The position numbers and the translations under genes were made by a program. From an uncultured Bacteroidales bacterium (GTDB lineage: Bacteria > Bacteroidota > Bacteroidia > Bacteroidales > FEN-979): a DNA stretch of 64,000 nt. The stretch spans positions 57,352 through 121,351 of the forward strand of contig CAIVAT010000153.1 of the NCBI GenBank assembly GCA_903903985.1. The letters run 5' to 3'. Shown here in pieces: positions 30,825-38,661 of this stretch (the stretch's first letter is position 1; every line of letters starts with the position of its first letter). The notes under the pieces are model-generated. The model did no database searches, had not been told where the DNA came from, and worked only from the letters and a program-made list of their open reading frames with translations.

Positions 30825-31820
30825 ATGGAGCCCGAGAAATGGTCGGAGGATGAAGCACTTCAAAATTATGAGGACCTGAAGTTGGTACTTGAAACCGGCT
30901 TGCTCAATGCCGGCCGGTGTGACAATTTACACGAGGCAAAAGGATTCCTTATTGAAGTTCAGAGCCATTTCAAAGGATTGAGGCTCCGGCGGGAAGATCG
31001 TGAAGAACTTTATGGAAAATTGCAGGAAGCTTTCACCGTTTTAAATAAAAAAATTGAAGAGGAGCGCTTTCAATTTGAGTATGAAGCACTGGCAAATTAC
31101 GCGGATTTAAAACCTGCGGTTGCCGGGGCCTCAGATCAGGCATTCCATTCGGATGATCTGAGGGCATCATGGGAGCTGTTGCTCGGAATTCAATCACGGG
31201 TGAAAGGATCAAAGCTATTGCGGGAACATCGTGAGGAATTATTTAACGGTTTGCAGGACGCATTTAACATGATTAAAATCCGCCGGGAGGAAGAACACCA
31301 GGTCTTTGACCGTGAGGCACAAGCAAACTACACCCGGTTAAAATCCCTGGTGGAAAAAGGCCTTATTCAGGCCGAAGAGACACACGAGTATAAGGAGACC
31401 AGGGAATTTCTTAAAAAAATTCAATCCGAGTTCAAAGGCATTAAGATGGTCCATGAACAGCGGGAAGAGCTATATTCCCGGCTTCAAACGGCGTTTGATG
31501 TTCTGGGTAAACGGCTTGATGATTTTTTTAGGTACAAAAAAAAGAACTGGGAAGTCAAAATGCAGTTTACCCTTTCCAGGTTTTCAGCAGATATTTTTGA
31601 ACTGCAAACAGCTCTTGAAAAAGAGCAGGCCAACCTGAAAGAATTGGAAGACCAATTGGAAATTATAGTGTCAGCCGGTAAAGACCGGGAGATCATTTCA
31701 GGTGTACAGTCCAGAATCGCCTCCGCACTGCGCAGTATCGAACTGAAGCACCGGCAGATCAAAAGCCTTGAAATTGAGAAGAACGAATTACAAAACCGGT
31801 TGGAAGAGCCTGATAAATAG
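30825..31820 (+). CDS. cytoplasmic helical repeat protein (three ~95-aa repeats, DUF349-like pattern)
   Basis: Three repeats of the form ANY..LK.......E.K.FL..IQS.FKG.K..RE.REEL...LQ.AF... Confidence 0.5.
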   Translation: MEPEKWSEDEALQNYEDLKLVLETGLLNAGRCDNLHEAKGFLIEVQSHFKGLRLRREDREELYGKLQEAFTVLNKKIEEERFQFEYEALANYADLKPAVAGASDQAFHSDDLRASWELLLGIQSRVKGSKLLREHREELFNGLQDAFNMIKIRREEEHQVFDREAQANYTRLKSLVEKGLIQAEETHEYKETREFLKKIQSEFKGIKMVHEQREELYSRLQTAFDVLGKRLDDFFRYKKKNWEVKMQFTLSRFSADIFELQTALEKEQANLKELEDQLEIIVSAGKDREIISGVQSRIASALRSIELKHRQIKSLEIEKNELQNRLEEPDK

Positions 31821-31846
31821 CGCTTACAACCATAAAAATTGAATTC

Positions 31847-32581
31847 ATGCCAGATCATTCCAGGTCATCACATCTTCACCGCTCCCGGAAACATCAACAT
31901 TCCTCCCTTCAACAAATCCAGGCCAGCTACCTGGAACCAGTGCTTTATTTTACAGGTGCAATTGTCCTGATCATCGTAGCAAAACTTTTGCACCTAAGCT
32001 TATTGGCACCAACCCTGGGAGCTTTGGGATTGACCATGCTGGCAGTTTCTAAAAATTTAAAATTGAGTGCAGGAGTTTTTGTGTCGATAGTTTGTATCTC
32101 CTTCATGGCAATTGTTTTTGCCTGGCATTGGGTTACCGGTTATTTTGTGGCTGTTATTTCGTCTGAAGTCACCTTAAACCCCTTCTTGTTCAGGAGCGGA
32201 CTGATGGAGGGCCTGATCCTGACGGTACTGATGTGGGTGTATCACAGGCAGTTCAAAGCGATCCAACCAACGATGGCCCGACATTGGTTCGGAAAAAAAT
32301 CATATGTGATATTTTTTAAACTGCTTTTCTATTTTCTTTTATTCCTTTTACTGTTTTGGATGATCGCCTTTGGAATACTGAAAGTTCAGTCGCTGACCCA
32401 CCTGAACACACAGGATGCTGCCATTATTTCCGGGGCCCTTGCATTGCTTGCCTCGGGTATTCCTGCAATCATATATCTTTCAAAAAGCTCTGGTACCGGG
32501 AGAAGAAGTCACCGCCACAGCCACCATCACCGGGATAACAGGAGCGGACTGCAAAAAAACTCAGATCCGGATGAAAAATAG
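31847..32581 (+). CDS. polytopic membrane protein with His/Arg-rich termini
   Basis: About 6 TM spans. N-terminus HSRSSHLHRSRKHQH and C-terminus GRRSHRHSHHHRDNR. Confidence 0.5.
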   Translation: MPDHSRSSHLHRSRKHQHSSLQQIQASYLEPVLYFTGAIVLIIVAKLLHLSLLAPTLGALGLTMLAVSKNLKLSAGVFVSIVCISFMAIVFAWHWVTGYFVAVISSEVTLNPFLFRSGLMEGLILTVLMWVYHRQFKAIQPTMARHWFGKKSYVIFFKLLFYFLLFLLLFWMIAFGILKVQSLTHLNTQDAAIISGALALLASGIPAIIYLSKSSGTGRRSHRHSHHHRDNRSGLQKNSDPDEK

Positions 32582-32649
32582 CTCCATTTGAATCGCTGAA
32601 ATTACTATTTTTGCGCTATTGTTAAATAATTAACAAATCCGAGCGCAAC

Positions 32650-34386
32650 ATGTCAAAACATTCTCTTAAAATCAGGGACCTTACCCTGCGTGATGGCCAG
32701 CAATCACTCTTTGCTACACGAATGACCCAGGAACAGGTTGACCGGGTTCTGCCATTTTACAAGGATGCTCATTTTTATGCCATGGAAGTATGGGGTGGCG
32801 CTGTCCCCGATTCGATCATGCGGTATCTTTCAGAAAATCCCTGGCAACGGTTGGAAAAGATCAAGGAGGCTGTGGGTGATGTTTCGCTGCTGACTGCGCT
32901 TTCACGGGGGCGCAACCTTTTTGGATACAATCCATATCCCGAAGAGGTGATCGAAGGTTTTAACCGCCAGGCCGTGAAATCGGGTATCGGCATCATGAGA
33001 ATTTTTGACGCCCTCAACGACGTTGAAAACATGAAATCAACGATAAAATATGTAAAGCAAAATGGTGGTATTGCCGATTGCGCCATCAGTTTCACGGTTG
33101 ACCCTAAATTTTCGACCCGGCAAAAAGTTCGTTCATGGATACATTTCAAAGCATTGCCCCATGATATTTTCACCATCGACTATTTTGTAGAAAAATCTCG
33201 TCAACTGGAGGCTTTGGGTGCTGATATGATCAGCATCAAGGACATGGCAGGTCTTATATCGCCATCGCAAACCGGGAAACTGATCCGCCGGCTGAAATCG
33301 GAGGTGCATGTACCAATTGATTTTCACACCCACTGTACTCCCGGATATGGACTTGCTTCAGTGCTGTCGGCCATTGTGAACGGGGTCGACATCGTTGATA
33401 CCAACATCTGGAATTTCGCCGGCGGTCCTGCTGCCCCGGCCTATGAACTGATCCATATTTTTTGTGAAAAACTGGGCATCGATACCGGGGTGAATCCCAA
33501 AGCAGTATCGGCAATCAACAAAGAGTTGAGGGTCATCCGGCAGGAACTGGCCGAATTTGACACCTGCAAATCGTTTCCAAGTGAATTTGATTTCACCAAA
33601 GATAAACTTCCGAAGGAGATTAACAAATTATTTGTCAAGGCCATTTATCTTGCAAAACACGACCGGGAGGAGGATTTACTCGCCACCTGCCTTGAAATAG
33701 AGACTTTTTTCAATTTCCCCGAACCCGACGAAGCGGTTAAAAAAGCAGAGATCCCAGGGGGTATGTATACCAACATGCACGCACAGCTCAAGCAACTGAA
33801 ACTTGACCATTTACTCCCCCGGGTACTCGAACTTGTTCCGCTTGTGCGCATTAAATCAGGCTGCCCTCCGCTGGTAACACCAACAAGCCAGATCGTAGGA
33901 GTGCAGGCAGTCAATTGTGTGATCGACGAAAATAAGGATCTCCCCTATTTCACTACAAAATCGATTCAATTTGTAAACCTGGTGAAAGGCATTTACGGAA
34001 GAACGCCCATCCCTGTTGATCCGGACTTCAGGGAAGAGCTTACCGGCGTCAGAGAAGAAACACCTTACGATACAAAAAATTATAAAAAACAGGAAAATAC
34101 CGTCTTCGAGGAATATGGAGACATGAAACTGGCCGATAATGAAAAGGATGAGCTGTTGCTTGAATTGTTTCCAACAGTTGCACGCGATTTTCTTCAAACA
34201 TCCGTCGAAGAAAAATACACCGAGAACATTCACCATATCGAAGAAGAGAAACGGCGCAAAGCCCGCGAAGCGCGTGAGAAGTATGAACGGCTGAGTCCCC
34301 AGGAAAAACGTGACCGGCTGATGCAGGGGCTCTATTCCTGGCACGAGGTTTCGTTTCCGGAAGAGGAAGACCTGGGGAGGTCGTAG
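32650..34386 (+). CDS. 5S-type carboxyltransferase (oxaloacetate decarboxylase alpha / pyruvate carboxylase subunit B family) lacking a biotinyl domain
   Basis: IRDLTLRDGQQSLFATRM..EVWGGA (HMGL-like TIM barrel), HTHCTPG and a PYC_OADA middle domain. The C-terminus is Lys/Glu-rich and has no AMKM motif. Confidence 0.8.
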   Translation: MSKHSLKIRDLTLRDGQQSLFATRMTQEQVDRVLPFYKDAHFYAMEVWGGAVPDSIMRYLSENPWQRLEKIKEAVGDVSLLTALSRGRNLFGYNPYPEEVIEGFNRQAVKSGIGIMRIFDALNDVENMKSTIKYVKQNGGIADCAISFTVDPKFSTRQKVRSWIHFKALPHDIFTIDYFVEKSRQLEALGADMISIKDMAGLISPSQTGKLIRRLKSEVHVPIDFHTHCTPGYGLASVLSAIVNGVDIVDTNIWNFAGGPAAPAYELIHIFCEKLGIDTGVNPKAVSAINKELRVIRQELAEFDTCKSFPSEFDFTKDKLPKEINKLFVKAIYLAKHDREEDLLATCLEIETFFNFPEPDEAVKKAEIPGGMYTNMHAQLKQLKLDHLLPRVLELVPLVRIKSGCPPLVTPTSQIVGVQAVNCVIDENKDLPYFTTKSIQFVNLVKGIYGRTPIPVDPDFREELTGVREETPYDTKNYKKQENTVFEEYGDMKLADNEKDELLLELFPTVARDFLQTSVEEKYTENIHHIEEEKRRKAREAREKYERLSPQEKRDRLMQGLYSWHEVSFPEEEDLGRS

Positions 34387-34442
34387 GGTTCATAGCCTCC
34401 TCCCAGCCTCCTCCCAGCCTCCCCCCGTGGCGGAGGAGTACT

Positions 34443-34476
34443 CCCTTCTCCCTGAGGAGAAGGGCCGGGGATGACG
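34443..34476 (+). repeat. REP-like hairpin element, copy A (CCCTTCTCC-CTGA-GGAGAAGGG + CCGGGGATGACG)
   Basis: Perfect 9-bp stem (34443..34451 / 34456..34464) with a GGGGATGA tail. Preceded by the tandem AGCCTCCTCCC x2. Related to copy B at 54749..54786. Confidence 0.7.
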
Positions 34477-34578
34477 TAACCTGCCCAATTGTCCACTCGG
34501 TCTCAGCACTTTCCCGATATGCAAAAGAAAACCTATCGAACTTTTTGATTATCGGGTATTTACAAACTGAATATTTAT

Positions 34579-34586
34579 TATTTTTG
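34579..34586 (+). promoter_or_regulatory. -7 promoter box (TATTTTTG) for the aldehyde:ferredoxin oxidoreductase gene
   Basis: TAnnTTTG match 34 nt upstream of the ATG at 34620. The inverted repeat CCCGATA(34513..34519)/TATCGGG(34550..34556) lies just upstream. Confidence 0.45.
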
Positions 34587-34619
34587 TTTGGTTATTTAAT
34601 TCACAAACCATCTATTCAT

Positions 34620-36779
34620 ATGACATTCGACGATTTCAGGAAAACACACAAGTTGCTGGCACAGTACAAGTATACCTGGGCCCCCATCGAACGAGGTTAC
34701 AACAACCGCACACTGCATATCAACGTGGGTGACCGAAAGTTTACGGAGAAACCGGTTACCTCCTCGATGAAAGAGAAATTCACCGGGGGCAAAGGATTTG
34801 ATTTACGGCTCCTGTGGGATGCAACCAAACCCGACACAAAATGGAATGATCCTGAAAATGAGATCGTTATTTCCGGCGGACCGTGTTGTGGTATTACCCA
34901 GTATTCGGGAAGCGGAAAAGCCATATGTTGCGCCATCAGTCCGCAAACTGATATTATTGTTGATTCAAATGTGGGTGGATTCTTTGGACCATTCCTTAAA
35001 TTCTGCGGTTTTGATGCTTTGGAAATACAGGGAAAATCGGATCAGGAAATCCTTATTGTGTTTGAGGAAGAACGTGAAGTGATTGAAATTTACGAAGCCG
35101 CTGATCTGCCTTCCGACAGCCATGTTCTTGCGGAGGAGTTGCATGATATGATGGCCATTCCAGGCAATGAAAAAGATAAATACAATGTTTCTGTTGTCTC
35201 TGCCGGCACTGCAGCCGAGCACTCGCTTATCGGGATGCTGAACTTCAGTTTTTATGATATTAAACGAAAGAAAGTCCGCCTGAAGCAGGCCGGACGCGGC
35301 GGAATCGGAACCGTGCTCCGCGATAAAAAGGTGAAAGCGATGGTGGCCCATGTCAAAACCATCGGTGGAAACCGCAACAATGTGGTGAACATGGAAGCCA
35401 TCCAGGAAAGGGGCCGCACTTTCAATAAAGAAATGCGCGAACTCGACGACAAACAGTGCGAAATGCGTTCAAAGGGAACAGCCCACCTTACGCTTGTGAT
35501 GAACGACTATGATCTGCTTCCCGTTAATAATTTCAAGTTCGGAAGTCACCCGGATGCCGTTAAAATCAGCGGTGATGTATGGAAATCCTTTTTCACCCAA
35601 AATATCCCTGATGGTTGCTGGGTTGGCTGCAACATGGCCTGTGCAAAAGGAGTCGATAATTATGAGCTCCGCTCCGGTCCTTACAAGGGAGATAAAGTCA
35701 TCGTTGACGGGCCTGAATATGAAACGACCTCTTCGCTGGGTTCCATCGCCGGGATCTTCAACCCTGATTTCACCATCGAAGCCAACTTCTATTGCGATAC
35801 CTATGGCATCTGCACCATCAGCTGGGGAAGCATTCTCGGGTTTGTGATGGAGTGTTATGAAAACGGCATCCTGAACGAAGAGCGCACCGGCGGGCTGAAA
35901 CTCAACTTCGGTAATGCTGACACTGCCATGGAACTCCTGCATATGGTTTCAAAGGGAGTAGGATTTGGCCTCATAGCCGGCCAGGGTGTAAGGAAAATGA
36001 AGGAATTGTTCGCCAAAAACGGCTGGGGCGATCCAGGTTTCATGCAGGATATCGGAATGGAGAACAAGGGACTGGAGTATTCACAATACGTGTCAAAGGA
36101 ATCACTGGCGCAGCAGGGTGGCTATGCAATGACCAACAAGGGCCCGCAACATGATGAAGCATGGCTGATCTTCATGGATATGGTAAACAACCAGATCCCA
36201 ACTTTTGAAAAAAAGGCAGAAGCGTTGCACTATTTTCCGATGTTCCGCACCTGGTTTGGCCTTGCCGGGTTCTGCAAGTTGCCATGGAATGATGTGGAAC
36301 CAGAAGACAACGCACAGACTGCCGAACCGGCAAAAGTTCCGCAGCATGTCGATAATTATGTGACTATTTTCAATGCTGTGACAGGATCGAGTATCGACAA
36401 GCAAGAGATAATCAGGATGTCGGAACGTGTGTATAACTTCCAGCGCATCTTCAACATTCGCCGTGGATATGGCCTTCGCAAACATGATGCACAGCCTTAT
36501 CGTGCATGTGGCCCTGTGACCAAGGAAGAATATGAATCACGCGCCGATCGCTACGACAAGCAACTACTTGAACAGGTTAATTTCGATCCTGCCGGAAAAA
36601 CCACGGAAGAAAAGATGAAGGTGTTGCGCCAGTATCGCGAAAACCGTTACGAACAATTGCTTGATGCGGTTTATGAACGCCGTGGATGGACCAAAAACGG
36701 AGTGCCCAAGATCGAACATCTGAAAAAACTCGGCATGGATCTCCCGGAACTGCTGGAGGTCGTGACACCGCTGCAATAA
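34620..36779 (+). CDS. aldehyde:ferredoxin oxidoreductase family (tungstopterin enzyme), long 719-aa form
   Basis: AFOR_N-like N-terminus (GYNNRTLHINVG..FTGGKGF), a Cys cluster CWVGCNMAC, GPEYET, DTYGIC and a C-terminal AFOR_C-like region. Start trimmed to MTFDDF (34620). Confidence 0.85.
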   Translation: MTFDDFRKTHKLLAQYKYTWAPIERGYNNRTLHINVGDRKFTEKPVTSSMKEKFTGGKGFDLRLLWDATKPDTKWNDPENEIVISGGPCCGITQYSGSGKAICCAISPQTDIIVDSNVGGFFGPFLKFCGFDALEIQGKSDQEILIVFEEEREVIEIYEAADLPSDSHVLAEELHDMMAIPGNEKDKYNVSVVSAGTAAEHSLIGMLNFSFYDIKRKKVRLKQAGRGGIGTVLRDKKVKAMVAHVKTIGGNRNNVVNMEAIQERGRTFNKEMRELDDKQCEMRSKGTAHLTLVMNDYDLLPVNNFKFGSHPDAVKISGDVWKSFFTQNIPDGCWVGCNMACAKGVDNYELRSGPYKGDKVIVDGPEYETTSSLGSIAGIFNPDFTIEANFYCDTYGICTISWGSILGFVMECYENGILNEERTGGLKLNFGNADTAMELLHMVSKGVGFGLIAGQGVRKMKELFAKNGWGDPGFMQDIGMENKGLEYSQYVSKESLAQQGGYAMTNKGPQHDEAWLIFMDMVNNQIPTFEKKAEALHYFPMFRTWFGLAGFCKLPWNDVEPEDNAQTAEPAKVPQHVDNYVTIFNAVTGSSIDKQEIIRMSERVYNFQRIFNIRRGYGLRKHDAQPYRACGPVTKEEYESRADRYDKQLLEQVNFDPAGKTTEEKMKVLRQYRENRYEQLLDAVYERRGWTKNGVPKIEHLKKLGMDLPELLEVVTPLQ

Positions 36780-36824
36780 CTGATAGTCACCACCAGGACA
36801 GCTATTTTTTTCACGCAGGTATTT

Positions 36825-36905
36825 CACGCAGATTTTCGCGGATTCTATTCGCAGATGAACGCAGATTTCTGCTGATGTAAAATCTTTTCCGCGAAAATCT
36901 GCGTG
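36825..36905 (+). repeat. CGCAGAT-word array forming an 18-bp perfect inverted repeat (probable AOR terminator region)
   Basis: cacgcagattttcgcgga (36825..36842) is the exact reverse complement of tccgcgaaaatctgcgtg (36888..36905). More copies of the word flank it, and a T-run follows at about 36935..36944. Confidence 0.7.
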
Positions 36906-36961
36906 AAAAATCTGCGAAAATCTGCGTGAGAAAATTTTTTTTTGTGAATTAAAAAATTGTT

Positions 36962-36969
36962 TATGTTTG
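36962..36969 (+). promoter_or_regulatory. -7 promoter box (TATGTTTG) for the trp leader and trpB2
   Basis: TAnnTTTG match, with a TTTG about 20 nt upstream (36941..36944). Lies 29 nt before the leader ATG. Confidence 0.5.
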
Positions 36970-36997
36970 CAACCTGTTTGGCAAAATAAAATTTTCA

Positions 36998-37063
36998 ATG
37001 AATAACAAAATCAATACGAATCTTAATTTTTGGTGGTGGCGCTCTATAATCAACAGAACGTAA
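36998..37063 (+). CDS. candidate tryptophan attenuation leader peptide (MNNKINTNLNFWWWRSIINRT)
   Basis: 21-codon ORF with three consecutive TGG codons at 37031..37039. Followed by two terminator-like hairpins and then trpB2. Confidence 0.5.
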   Translation: MNNKINTNLNFWWWRSIINRT

Positions 37064-37099
37064 ACATCAACTTTTTCCTTATCTGAACGAATATCTGAA

Positions 37100-37130
37100 A
37101 GGCTTGCTGTTTACAACGGCAGGCCTTTTT
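37100..37130 (+). terminator. leader hairpin 1 (aggcttgctg / cggcaggcct) followed by T5
   Basis: 10-bp stem with two G-U pairs (37100..37109 / 37117..37126), a 7-nt loop, and a T-run to 37130. Confidence 0.5.
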
Positions 37131-37148
37131 AGATTTATAGAAACGAAA

Positions 37149-37185
37149 CGGCTTGCCAGGTTAAAAAGGCAGGCCGCTTTTTTTT
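37149..37185 (+). terminator. leader hairpin 2 (cggcttgcc / ggcaggccg) followed by T8: candidate attenuator terminator
   Basis: 9-bp stem (37149..37157 / 37168..37176), a 10-nt loop, and T8 at 37178..37185, 24 nt before the trpB2 ATG. Confidence 0.6.
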
Positions 37186-37208
37186 ATAAACCTTAAAATT
37201 CCAAAATC

Positions 37209-38516
37209 ATGACAAAAATCAGAAGAATTCAATTGAATGAGCGCGAAATGCCGACACAATGGTATAATATCCAGGCAGATATGCCAAATCCGTTGCTTCC
37301 GCTCCTGCATCCCGGCACGAAACAGCCAATACAGGCAGCCGACCTCGAACCCTTGTTCGCCCGTGCGCTGATCGAACAGGAAGTTTCAACTGAACGGTAC
37401 ATCGATATTCCCGAAGAGGTACAGGATCTTTACCGGCTTTATCGTCCAACTCCGCTTCACCGTGCATATAACCTTGAAAAAATGCTTGACACGCCGGCGA
37501 AGATCTATTACAAAAATGAAAGTGTCAGCCCTCCCGGATCTCATAAACCAAACACGGCGATTCCCCAGGCATTTTACAATTACAAGGAGGGTGTAAAAAA
37601 AATGACGACCGAAACCGGTGCCGGCCAGTGGGGCAGTGCCTTGAGCTTTGCCACTAATTTCTTTGGAATTGAATGCAAGGTCTTTATGGTTAAAGTAAGC
37701 TATCAACAGAAACCTTACCGGAAATCGATGATGAACCTATGGAATGGTTCCGTCATTCCCTCCCCCAGCAATGAAACCAACGCCGGCCGTGCCTTTCTCG
37801 CCGAAGATCCTAACCATCCGGGAAGCCTTGGCGTTGCCATTTCAGAGGCGATTGAAGTTGCTGCGACGAATGAAGACACCAAGTATTCCCTGGGAAGCGT
37901 CTTGAACCATGTATTGCTTCATCAAACGATCATCGGGCTTGAAGCTGTTAAACAGCTGGAGATGACGGGTGATTTCCCCGACCTGGTGATCGGGCCTTTT
38001 GGTGGTGGTTCTAACTTCGGCGGGTTATCTTTTCCTTTTTTACGATATAATTTTACTGAAGGGAAAAAAACACGTTGCATTGCTGTTGAATCAACTTCCT
38101 GTCCCAAATTGACAAAAGGTAAATTTGAGTATGATTTTGGAGATACTGCAGGCATGACTCCGCTGATTCCCATGTATACACTCGGTCATAAATTTATTCC
38201 TCCGGCAATTCATGCAGGCGGACTCCGTTACCACGGGGCCGGGGCGATCGTAAGCCAGCTGTTGAAAGATAAACTGATCGAAGCCCGTTCGGTTGAACAA
38301 ACCGAAAGTTTTGAAGCGGCTGTCACCTTTGCACGCGCTGAAGGAATGATCCCTGCCCCGGAAACATCACACGCCATTGCACAGGCTATCAAAGAAGCGA
38401 TGATTGCCAGGGAGGAAGGCGTTGCAAAGACCATTCTCTTCAATTTTTCAGGCCATGGTTTGCTGGATATGGGTGCCTATGATGAATATTTTGCAAAAAA
38501 CCTGCAAGTACAATAG
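37209..38516 (+). CDS. trpB: TrpB2-type tryptophan synthase beta-like PLP enzyme
   Basis: 435 aa with the N-terminal extension typical of TrpB2. PLP-lysine motif PPGSHKPN, plus GGGSNFGG and RYHGAG. Confidence 0.85.
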   Translation: MTKIRRIQLNEREMPTQWYNIQADMPNPLLPLLHPGTKQPIQAADLEPLFARALIEQEVSTERYIDIPEEVQDLYRLYRPTPLHRAYNLEKMLDTPAKIYYKNESVSPPGSHKPNTAIPQAFYNYKEGVKKMTTETGAGQWGSALSFATNFFGIECKVFMVKVSYQQKPYRKSMMNLWNGSVIPSPSNETNAGRAFLAEDPNHPGSLGVAISEAIEVAATNEDTKYSLGSVLNHVLLHQTIIGLEAVKQLEMTGDFPDLVIGPFGGGSNFGGLSFPFLRYNFTEGKKTRCIAVESTSCPKLTKGKFEYDFGDTAGMTPLIPMYTLGHKFIPPAIHAGGLRYHGAGAIVSQLLKDKLIEARSVEQTESFEAAVTFARAEGMIPAPETSHAIAQAIKEAMIAREEGVAKTILFNFSGHGLLDMGAYDEYFAKNLQVQ

Positions 38517-38566
38517 ATTCCGCAAAGCCTGATTGTCTATCTTTGTCTCTATAGCGATCTGTGCCT

Positions 38567-38612
38567 TCTCTGTGGTTCTCTGTGAAAATAATTGCACAGA
38601 GAACCACGGAGA
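38567..38612 (+). repeat. CACAGAGAA/CACGGAGAA-word hairpin between trpB2 and the Rieske gene
   Basis: tctctgtggttctctgtg (38567..38584) pairs 17/18 with cacagagaaccacggaga (38595..38612). Further word copies run to 38634. Confidence 0.7.
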
Positions 38613-38661
38613 AAAAGCACGGAGAACCGCAGAGATGTTTTTAATAACAATTCCGGGTGAA

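Noticed and set aside
34545-34619. Longest-ORF starts for several genes (34545, 42269, 6145, 11053, 57120, 2875, 4247, 1091)
   Set aside because: The upstream extensions are hydrophobic or low-complexity, overlap promoter boxes or neighbouring genes, and precede Met codons where family-typical N-termini begin. Trimmed starts were used.
36564-36998. 144-aa ORF (minus strand) and 64-aa ORF (36686..36880, plus strand) downstream of AOR
   Set aside because: Both are translations of the CGCAGAT word-repeat/inverted-repeat block (peptides such as RRFSQIFHADFRGKDF). They have no gene-like composition and overlap the 3' end of AOR.
38533-38661. N-terminal extension of the Rieske ORF and the antisense ORF 38448..38672
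   Set aside because: The extension translates the CACAGAGAA word hairpin. Rieske homology begins at MIYNQWYV.
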